From the IMG/VR virus record IMGVR_UViG_3300048861_000051, positions 1-32,530 of that record: 32,530 nucleotides of DNA. One strand, 5' to 3'. Positions 7,313-14,406 of this stretch are shown here, in pieces. The notes beneath the pieces are model-generated. The model did no database searches, was not told the DNA's origin, and worked only from the letters and a program-made list of their open reading frames with translations. The position numbers and the translations under genes were made by a program. Numbering within the stretch: the first letter of the stretch is position 1; each line of letters begins with the position of its first letter. Source of the DNA: a virus. Its lineage: Duplodnaviria > Caudoviricetes.

Positions 7313-7496
7313 GGGATTCCCATCATGAAAAGAATGTTTGTCGATGGCCTGCAAGCCGACGCCGATTCTGCCATGTCGGGGAATCCCACCCGTTTTGGCG
7401 TGCTACCGGCCGCCGCCTGATTCCCCGCAGCCGGCGACCGTGGAACGGAGTATCCCTTCCCGCGCCGCAACAAAAAACGTCTTTGTGGAGCAGCCC

Positions 7497-7940
7497 TTGA
7501 ACATCCTCGATGCCGCGCACGCTCTCGCGCTGGAATACGACGGTGGATGCGAGTCTCTCGCGCCGCGTATTGGCATGAGCGCCCATGTTCTCCGGAACAA
7601 GGTGAACCCGAACAACAAGACCCATCACCTGACGCTCGTCGAAGCGCTGCGCATGTCCGTGATGACGAAGGACCGACGCATCGTCGAAGCGTTCGCGCGC
7701 GAGATGGGCCTGGTATGCATCGAGATCCCCGACGCGGAAAACTGCGCGGACGCCGATGTCATCGAGCTGATGGCTCAAACGTGGGAAACGAACGGCGACA
7801 TCGGCCGCGAGGTCAACGCGATCTTTGCCGATGGCCGAGTCGAAACCCACGAAGTCAAGCGCCTAAAGGATCGCGTCTGGAAGCACATCCGGACTGTGTG
7901 CGGGCTTGCTGGGCGTATTGCTGGCATGGCGGAGAGGTGA
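7497..7940 (+). CDS. cII: Phage regulatory CII-family protein (186/P2-like)
   Basis: YDGGCESLAPRIGMSAHVLRNKVNPNNKTHHLTL and FADGRVETHE; TTG with GGAG RBS. Confidence 0.8.
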   Translation: MNILDAAHALALEYDGGCESLAPRIGMSAHVLRNKVNPNNKTHHLTLVEALRMSVMTKDRRIVEAFAREMGLVCIEIPDAENCADADVIELMAQTWETNGDIGREVNAIFADGRVETHEVKRLKDRVWKHIRTVCGLAGRIAGMAER

Positions 7941-7942
7941 TC

Positions 7943-8995
7943 ATGGACCTTCCAGAACCGCTCACACCGGCCGGCTGCGATCTGCGCGACTTCGCATTCA
8001 TGCCGCTCGACGTTCAGCGTCTGCGCGACAGCGATCTGGCTGCGCTCGAATCGCCTGAATGCTGCTGGTCCGCTGTCCTGCTGTGGTGCGCATCGTGGCA
8101 CCAGGTGCCGGCCGCATCGCTTCCTGACGACGATCGCGTGCTGGCTCAGCTCGCCGGCTTTGGCCGAGTGGTGAAGGAATGGCAACGTGTTCGCGAGGGC
8201 GCGCTGCGCGGCTGGATTCTGTGCGCCGATGGCCGTCTCTATCATCCGGTCGTCTCCGAAAAGGCATGCGACGCATGGGAATCGAAGTTCCAGCAGCGTT
8301 GGAAATCTGAGTGCGCTCGCATCAAAAAGCACAATCAGCGGCACGGGACAAAGGTCAAGTTCCCGACACTCGATGAGTTCTTGTCCCCTGATTACCGTGA
8401 TCCTGTCCCTAGGGACATTTCGCCTTTGTCCCCTGGGACAACTAACGTTGGTCCCGCGTCAGTCCCTCGGGAAACGCCATCCAAGAGAGACGGAGACGGA
8501 GACGGAGACGGAGACGGAGACGGACACAGAGACAAAGACAAAACCCAAGAAGCGCCGGTGGTAGTTCACACCATAGCGCCCGAAGAAACACCGGCGCCTC
8601 TGACTTCGGAAATCAAACCGAACAGCCGCGCTGCTGCGATCTCGGTCCTGATGCGTCGCAATGGCGTTGAGGGCTGCAACTCGGCGAACCCGATCGTGCA
8701 GGACTGGGCCGCAAATCCGCAGGTCACGGATGACTTGCTGCTGACCGCCGCCGACATGGCGAAGAAGCGCGAAGTGCTGCGGCCAGGCCCGAACTACCTC
8801 GCGCCGATCGTGCAGCAGCTGCTCAACCCGCCGAAGCCCAAGCCTAGCGAAGAGGCATGGCGCCGCAGCGACAAGGGCATCGAAGGGAAGGCGTCCGAGC
8901 TCGGCATCTATGCCCGCCCGGGCGAATCACACGACGCGCTGCGTGAGCGGTGCGAATCTGAAATCCGCAAGCGCGCACAGGGAGTCGCAGCATGA
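7943..8995 (+). CDS. Replication initiator, DUF1376/YdaU-like N-terminus
   Basis: DLRDFAFMPLDVQRLRDS, LLWCASWHQVPAASLPDDDRVLA; internal iterons; position after cII. Confidence 0.8.
   Translation: MDLPEPLTPAGCDLRDFAFMPLDVQRLRDSDLAALESPECCWSAVLLWCASWHQVPAASLPDDDRVLAQLAGFGRVVKEWQRVREGALRGWILCADGRLYHPVVSEKACDAWESKFQQRWKSECARIKKHNQRHGTKVKFPTLDEFLSPDYRDPVPRDISPLSPGTTNVGPASVPRETPSKRDGDGDGDGDGDGHRDKDKTQEAPVVVHTIAPEETPAPLTSEIKPNSRAAAISVLMRRNGVEGCNSANPIVQDWAANPQVTDDLLLTAADMAKKREVLRPGPNYLAPIVQQLLNPPKPKPSEEAWRRSDKGIEGKASELGIYARPGESHDALRERCESEIRKRAQGVAA
8345..8474. repeat. Putative replication origin iterons (TGTCCC-N2-GGGACA)
   Basis: TGTCCCTAGGGACA 8404-8417, TGTCCCCTGGGACA 8427-8440, AGTCCCTCGGGAAA 8461-8474; half-sites at 8345, 8382 and 8450. 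Confidence 0.75.
8487..8540 (+). repeat. (GAGACG)6 tandem repeat plus three degenerate units, encoding (DG)n
   Basis: Six perfect copies at 8487-8522, then GACACA GAGACA AAGACA. Confidence 0.95.
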
Positions 8996-9492
8996 GCGAT
9001 ACGAACGGTCAGGCATGGGGAATGTGCGCGGCTTTTGGTTGCCCGCTGTTCGGCACTCTCGGCCACGACGGCCAGTGGTTCTGCTTCTGCCACTTCGGAA
9101 AGCCGAGCGTTTTCAACGACGCCATCACGCGCGAATTGCGCGAACGGCAGATGCCGGTGGTCGAATCAGCCCTGGTCATCCGCCGCAACTTCTCGTCGTT
9201 CTACGACGCACCAGACGCATACCGCGCGATCCAGAACAAGCTCATCGGCATGGGGCGGAAAGACCTGCTGCTTGGCGCGAATGGTGCGGATGTGCCGCCG
9301 TCGCCGCCCAGCCGTCCCGGTATGAAGCCTGTCGTGAAGATGTGGCTGCAACGGCTCGAGCGGCACCTGATCGAGGCGACAGCGGACATCGGCGAGCAGA
9401 AGCGCATCGCTGCAACGGTCCAAACGGCGCAAATCGTCGGCCCGACGCATGTCTCGAAACACCACCCTTACGGCGATGGAGCCACCGCATGA
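8992..9492 (+). CDS. Hypothetical protein with N-terminal Cys/His (possible Zn) motif
   Basis: CAAFGC...WFCFCH; ATGA-coupled to the replication gene. Confidence 0.75.
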   Translation: MSDTNGQAWGMCAAFGCPLFGTLGHDGQWFCFCHFGKPSVFNDAITRELRERQMPVVESALVIRRNFSSFYDAPDAYRAIQNKLIGMGRKDLLLGANGADVPPSPPSRPGMKPVVKMWLQRLERHLIEATADIGEQKRIAATVQTAQIVGPTHVSKHHPYGDGATA

Positions 9493-9568
9493 ACCCGACC
9501 ACCACGCCCGCGCGCGAGGGATTTCCGCACGCCTTAAAGCTCAACGTTCCGGCCCAAAAGGAGCAAGC

Positions 9569-10057
9569 ATGCTGATCGGCTGCGACCCCGGTATCAAAGG
9601 CGCCCTGGCGTTCTTCCACGACGACGGCCGCCAGGCTGTGCTCGACATCCCTGTCCGTGTGAAGCACGGCGGTGGCAACGAGGTCGATCCGCGCGAGTTG
9701 CAGCAAATGCTGCGTGGGCGAGTGCCAGCCGACGAGAAAAGCCTGATCGTGATGGAAAGCTCGCACGCGTTCATGGGCAGCGGCAAGCGTGTTGGCTCGA
9801 TGGCGTCTCAGGCGTCTCTAGCGGCCACCAAGGCGGTTATAGCGGCCGTGTGCGAACTCAGCGGCATGGACATCGCCTACGTGACGCCGCGCGAGTGGCA
9901 GAGCCTGTTCGGCATCCGCAAGACCGAGCGCGAGGACACGAAGGATCAGAGCCTGCGCATTGCGCGCGAGCTGTATCCGCACCTGAAACTGACCAAAACC
10001 AGTGGCCGCGCCGACGCGCTGCTGATCGGGCGGTATGGGATGAGGCACTTCGTATGA
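9569..10057 (+). CDS. RuvC-like Holliday junction resolvase
   Basis: IGCDPGIKGALA, IVME, VTPREWQ, RADALLI; AAGGAG RBS. Confidence 0.85.
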   Translation: MLIGCDPGIKGALAFFHDDGRQAVLDIPVRVKHGGGNEVDPRELQQMLRGRVPADEKSLIVMESSHAFMGSGKRVGSMASQASLAATKAVIAAVCELSGMDIAYVTPREWQSLFGIRKTEREDTKDQSLRIARELYPHLKLTKTSGRADALLIGRYGMRHFV

Positions 10058-10326
10058 AAACTCTCGCGTATCTCTTCGCCAGCGCGGCCCTTCTCGGCTC
10101 CTTGCTCTCAGCGTGCAACCCCAGCGATGCCGAAGTCGATGCGACGCAGGACGCTCAGTGCATCCGCTGGGGCGCGGCACGCGGCTCGCACGATTACATC
10201 CAATGCCGGGCGACGCTTGCGGTCAACTATCAACGAGAGCAACAGGACAGCAGCAATTCGACTGCTGCCGGCGTCGCTATGGGAGTGGCAATGGGCGCCG
10301 CTGCAAACGCAGGAGTGCGTCGATGA
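10054..10326 (+). CDS. Small lipoprotein
   Basis: MKTLAYLFASAALLGSLLSAC lipobox; C..WG...GSHDYIQC; Gly/Ala-rich tail. Confidence 0.7.
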   Translation: MKTLAYLFASAALLGSLLSACNPSDAEVDATQDAQCIRWGAARGSHDYIQCRATLAVNYQREQQDSSNSTAAGVAMGVAMGAAANAGVRR

Positions 10327-10574
10327 ACATCCTCCAGCTCGCCGGCATGCTCCCGCGCGACCCGCAGTTCCGCGAGTTCGTTTCGCAATACATGGTGCCG
10401 CCGCGTGAGCCTAGCGTCGACGAGGCGGCGGCATTTATCCGGGCCGCGTGCGAGATCGAGAGCCGCCGCGAGTTGGCTGTCTCGACCATCGCGCAAGCGC
10501 GCTTCCACAAGTTCATTCGCCGGCCATTTCTGGCTTGGCGACACAAGCAGCAAAACCACAGGAGAGCAGCATGA
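10323..10574 (+). CDS. Hypothetical phage protein (83 aa)
   Basis: MNILQLAGMLPRDPQF...CEIESRREL; ATGA-coupled at both ends. Confidence 0.75.
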   Translation: MNILQLAGMLPRDPQFREFVSQYMVPPREPSVDEAAAFIRAACEIESRRELAVSTIAQARFHKFIRRPFLAWRHKQQNHRRAA

Positions 10575-10879
10575 ACGACGAAGGCGAAGTCATATTGACG
10601 AGGAGCGAGGATGGCGCGTGTTTCAGTTGCGCGCTCTCATGGTTGAAGCAGGGAAAACGTGTCACGCGCGGCTCGTGGCGCAACGCCGGGGTGTTTGTCT
10701 ACCACGTGCCAGCTGCGTCTTATCCGGTGCAGACCGGCGCGGCGAAGACGCATTTCGGTGAGGGCGCGATGGTTCCGTATATGGCCTATCTCGCGATCAA
10801 GCGCGCGGACGATCAGGTCTGCGTTTTCAACCCCGGGGTCGATTCAATCCTCGCCGAGGATTGGGTGATCGTCGAATAG
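10571..10879 (+). CDS. DUF2829 protein (Tad2-like anti-defence nucleotide sponge family)
   Basis: FSCALSWLKQGKRVTRGSW, YPVQTGAAKTHFG..VPY.AYLAIK, ILAEDWVIV. Confidence 0.8.
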   Translation: MNDEGEVILTRSEDGACFSCALSWLKQGKRVTRGSWRNAGVFVYHVPAASYPVQTGAAKTHFGEGAMVPYMAYLAIKRADDQVCVFNPGVDSILAEDWVIVE

Positions 10880-10956
10880 AAGCACCACGCCACGCCGACG
10901 CGCACTCGGCCGCTGGACCCTGCGATACGGGCACCACACACCAACCGGAGAAGCAC

Positions 10957-11523
10957 ATGGACGAGCAACTGAATCAGGACCAGCAGCAACAGCAGCAGGA
11001 GGCAGCAGCAACGTCGGGGGAAGGCGTTGCGTTGGATGCGGACACAACCTCCGCAAGCGACACGCAATCGTCTGTGGCGAATGCCTCGCAAGGCGACGAC
11101 ACCGCGGCGAGCCAATCGTCCGGCGCGGCGGGTGAAGTGGGAAACGCCCCTGCCGCGGGTGCCACGGAACCGGTGGCATCCTCGAACACGGCAAATTTCG
11201 ATGGTGCGGCTGCGGATACGGGCAATACCGACGACGCACCGCAGTCGGAGGGTGACGCTCCGCAATACGAGACGAAGATGTACACCGATGGCACGACGGC
11301 GAGCGGCATCGCGCCGCTGCCCGATCTCTCGCCGGCCGAGCAGGATGCAGCGGGAAACGCTTCGACGCTTGGCGCCTCCACTGGGTCTGGTGCTGAATCG
11401 CCGAACGGCCGCCACCCGGCGCACCGCTGGATTGACCTCGCAGAACTGAAGCTGGCCGCGATCGAGCATGCAGCAGTGGCCGAACTGCTCGACATCATGC
11501 GCAATCTGCGTCAGGAACTGTAA
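10957..11523 (+). CDS. Acidic low-complexity protein (poly-Q, A/S/T/D/E-rich)
   Basis: GGAG RBS; 188 aa; short helical C-terminus. Confidence 0.75.
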   Translation: MDEQLNQDQQQQQQEAAATSGEGVALDADTTSASDTQSSVANASQGDDTAASQSSGAAGEVGNAPAAGATEPVASSNTANFDGAAADTGNTDDAPQSEGDAPQYETKMYTDGTTASGIAPLPDLSPAEQDAAGNASTLGASTGSGAESPNGRHPAHRWIDLAELKLAAIEHAAVAELLDIMRNLRQEL

Positions 11524-11529
11524 GGCCTC

Positions 11530-11784
11530 ATGCTCGCCGTCACGCTCGACCAACGCATTGACTGGTTCCGCGTCCTCTCTGACCTGACGCGTGACGGCGG
11601 CTCTCTGTATCAACTCGCCAGCACAACCGGCATCCCACGCCGCTCGCTGAACTCGTATAAGAACGGCGTCGAGCCAACTCACGCGCGCGGTATGTGCATC
11701 CTCGCGCATTGGTCGATCAAGACAGGCAAGCCCGGCCACGACGCTCCCATGACGAGGCGATATCATTCTGTCAATGTCAGATAG
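11530..11784 (+). CDS. HTH protein, candidate late-gene regulator
   Basis: IDWFRVLSDL..SLYQLASTTGIPRRSLNSYKNGVEP; lies where Q would be. Confidence 0.7.
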   Translation: MLAVTLDQRIDWFRVLSDLTRDGGSLYQLASTTGIPRRSLNSYKNGVEPTHARGMCILAHWSIKTGKPGHDAPMTRRYHSVNVR

Positions 11785-11793
11785 GAGAACAAG

Positions 11794-12096
11794 ATGAGTG
11801 AGCGCGGTTCGTTCTGCACCCAGTATGTCTACTGCGATAAATGTTTCGAAGCGGCAAAATCTGTTTTGCTAGGTCAGGAAAAGTATCTATGCAGCCTCGT
11901 AATCCCGTCATGGGAAGGCGGCGACAAGCATCTACCAATTATTGCTGGAAAACTTGGCGGCCTTCATGCAGGAGAGGAAATTGAAAGCATGGAGAAATTG
12001 GCGGCTGAGTTAGCTCGCCGCATTTGCCATCCATTGAAGATCGCCGTACTGGCTGATCACGGAGAGAGAATTTTCAAGATTGAGCCGCTTAACTAA
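11794..12096 (+). CDS. AT-richer orphan protein (moron) with CxxC
   Basis: AGGAG RBS; FCTQYVYCDKC; atypical codons; own terminator. Confidence 0.7.
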   Translation: MSERGSFCTQYVYCDKCFEAAKSVLLGQEKYLCSLVIPSWEGGDKHLPIIAGKLGGLHAGEEIESMEKLAAELARRICHPLKIAVLADHGERIFKIEPLN

Positions 12097-12115
12097 ATGC
12101 TCAACATTCGACTGC

Positions 12116-12136
12116 ACCCGCTTCGGCGGGTTTTTT
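12116..12136 (+). terminator. Intrinsic terminator at the early/late boundary
   Basis: ACCCGC-TTCG-GCGGGT-TTTTT. Confidence 0.9.
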
Positions 12137-12229
12137 ATGGCCTATCGTTCTGGACTTCGCAATAGGCAAAATCTCGCCTGCATACCTATCGAATAATCCA
12201 TCCCCATAGGATTCATCAACGGGGCTGAG

Positions 12230-12637
12230 ATGGCGGCGAAGCTGACGTACCGCGAAGAGTTTGCAGAGCAGGCGCGCAAGCTGTGCCTGTTGCTCGGCGC
12301 GACCGATGTTCACCTCGCCAACTTCTTCGAGACGACCGATCGCACGATTCGCGCGTGGAAGAAGAAATACCCGGAATTCGCCGCAGCGGTCGAGAAGGGC
12401 AAGACGATCGCCGATCTCGAAGTCGTCAATTCGCTCTACAACCGCGCTGTCGGTGGCTCCGAAGTCGCCTGCTTCTTCTGGCTGAAGAACCGCCGCCCGG
12501 TCGAGTGGCGCGATCGCCTGAACCACGAGCACACCGGCAAGGACGGCGCGCCGATCGAGCACAAGTCGACGGTCGATCTGTCGAGCGCCACCGAAGAGCA
12601 GTTGCGCGCGCTCGCCTCTCTGCGGATCGAGAAATGA
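12230..12637 (+). CDS. terS: Terminase small subunit
   Basis: LCLLLGATD..LANFF...WKKKYPEF HTH; FWLKNRRP.EWRD; EHTGKDGAPI. Confidence 0.9.
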   Translation: MAAKLTYREEFAEQARKLCLLLGATDVHLANFFETTDRTIRAWKKKYPEFAAAVEKGKTIADLEVVNSLYNRAVGGSEVACFFWLKNRRPVEWRDRLNHEHTGKDGAPIEHKSTVDLSSATEEQLRALASLRIEK

Positions 12638-12816
12638 AAATCACCGTCAATCTGCCTGACGAGTATTTCGATCCGCGTGATGCCGATACCGAGAAATGGG
12701 CAACTCTCGCTGTTCAGCACGCTATCCGTGAATTTACCGGGACGGCTAAGTTTCCCTTGCGCGCATCGCAACAGCATCTGCTCGGCCGCGCCGTTGTTTA
12801 TCCGGTGGAGAGCTGA
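12634..12816 (+). CDS. 60-aa hypothetical protein between terS and terL
   Basis: ATGA overlap with terS; stop abuts terL start. Confidence 0.6.
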   Translation: MKITVNLPDEYFDPRDADTEKWATLAVQHAIREFTGTAKFPLRASQQHLLGRAVVYPVES

Positions 12817-14406
12817 ATGAGCGCGATCCAGTTCACCGCCGAAGACGTGATGGCAGCACGCCGCGAACTCGCGCGCCGCTCGCTGCCGGACTTCGCATGC
12901 ATGGTGGACATTCCGACTGTTCCGCTGACCGACGAGGCCGATGAAGACCGCTTCTCGATGATGCGCATCGGGACGCTCGCCGCGCATCACGCGCTGGTCT
13001 GCCGGAAGCTCCAGCAGATCGAATCGGGCGAGATCCCGAACCTGATGGTGCTGATGCCGCCGGGTAGCGCGAAGAGCACCTACGTTGACGTCGTGTTCGT
13101 GCCGTGGTTCATGGCGCGTCGCGCGCGCCGCGGCGTCATCCTCGCGAGCTATGCGACCGAGATTGCGGAAAAGCAGGGCCGCCGCGCGCGGCAACTGATC
13201 AAATCGTCGTCGTTCCAGAACCTGATGAACCAGCAGCTCTCTGGCGACAGCGCGGCGGCGCACCAGTGGGCGCTCTCGAACGGCAGCGAATACATGGCCG
13301 GCGGTCTGCTGTCGGGCCTCACCGGCAACCGCGCGCACCTTGGCATCATCGACGACCCCATCAAGGGCCGCGAGCAAGCCGAATCAGACACGATCCGCAA
13401 CAAGACGTGGAACGCGTACATCGACGATTTCTGCTCGCGCCTGATTCCCGGCGCGCCGCAGATCATGATGCTCACGCGCTGGCATCAAGACGACCCTGCC
13501 GGCCGCATCCTGCCGGAAAACTGGGATGGCGAATCAGGCGTGTTCGAAGGGCGCGACGGCCGCACGTGGCATGTCGTCTGCCTGCCCGCCATCGCCGACC
13601 GCACCGATGACCCGCTCGGGCGCAAGCTCGGCGAAACGCTGTGGCCAGAGTGGTTCAGCCTCGATCACTGGAAACCGTTCCAGAAGAATCGGCGCACCTG
13701 GTACAGCCTCTACCAACAGAAACCGACGCCTGACGAAGGCACCTTCTTCCAGAAGGCGTGGTTCAAGCGTTACCGCCGCGGCCAGGAGCCGACACGACTC
13801 AACCGATACCTGACGAGCGACCATGCGCCGGCGGGCGGTGACACCAACGACTACGCGTGCGTGCGCGTGTGGGGCGTCGATTCATCCGGCGATGTCTGGA
13901 TGCTCGACGGGTTCCGCGAACAAATGACGATGGACAAGCTCGCCGAGCGGGTCGTCGGCAACAAGGAAGAAGGCAAGGTCGGACTCATCCAGAAACACCG
14001 GCCTTTTGCCTGGTTCCCCGAAGACGACAACAACTGGAAGGCGAGCGCCGGCTTCATCACGAAGACCATGCGCGCCGAGAAACAGTTCGTGCGCATCGAA
14101 CCGATCACCCCCCACGGCAACGACAAGATGATCAAAGCGCAGGCCTTTCAGGGCATGGCGTCGCAGGGCTCCGTCTGGATTCCGGAAGGCCCCGAAGGCG
14201 ACGACGTGATCGACCAGTACACGAAGTTTCCGACCGGCAAGCATGACGACGAGGTCGACGCCGCCAGCCTGATTGGTCGCGCGCTCGCTGACGCGCATCC
14301 CGCCGTGCTGCCGATGAAAGAAGCAAAGCCGGTCGAGCGCGATCGCTGGGACCGTGCATTCAACGGTAACGATGAGTCGGTCGAAGGCTCGTGGAGGGTC
14401 GCATGA
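12817..14406 (+). CDS. terL: Terminase large subunit
   Basis: Walker A MPPGSAKS, Walker B IIDDP, TRW coupling motif, nuclease HDDEVDA. Confidence 0.95.
   Translation: MSAIQFTAEDVMAARRELARRSLPDFACMVDIPTVPLTDEADEDRFSMMRIGTLAAHHALVCRKLQQIESGEIPNLMVLMPPGSAKSTYVDVVFVPWFMARRARRGVILASYATEIAEKQGRRARQLIKSSSFQNLMNQQLSGDSAAAHQWALSNGSEYMAGGLLSGLTGNRAHLGIIDDPIKGREQAESDTIRNKTWNAYIDDFCSRLIPGAPQIMMLTRWHQDDPAGRILPENWDGESGVFEGRDGRTWHVVCLPAIADRTDDPLGRKLGETLWPEWFSLDHWKPFQKNRRTWYSLYQQKPTPDEGTFFQKAWFKRYRRGQEPTRLNRYLTSDHAPAGGDTNDYACVRVWGVDSSGDVWMLDGFREQMTMDKLAERVVGNKEEGKVGLIQKHRPFAWFPEDDNNWKASAGFITKTMRAEKQFVRIEPITPHGNDKMIKAQAFQGMASQGSVWIPEGPEGDDVIDQYTKFPTGKHDDEVDAASLIGRALADAHPAVLPMKEAKPVERDRWDRAFNGNDESVEGSWRVA

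Noticed and set aside
7091-7420. Cys-rich 109-aa plus-strand ORF as a zinc-finger protein
   Set aside because: In-register antisense of the 7001-7312 gene, with Cys arising from reversed Ala codons; no clear RBS
8345-8540. CRISPR-like array
   Set aside because: Repeats are 6-14 bp, lie inside a CDS, lack regular unique spacers, and no cas genes are present
6965-9000. 14-bp repeat GCAGCATGAGCGAT at 6965-6978 and 8987-9000
   Set aside because: Explained by the common phage Ala-Ala-stop/Met-Ser coupling junction; a similar one occurs at about 10566
9489-9575. 28-aa ORF between the Cys/His gene and the resolvase
   Set aside because: ATGA-coupled but too short and featureless to support
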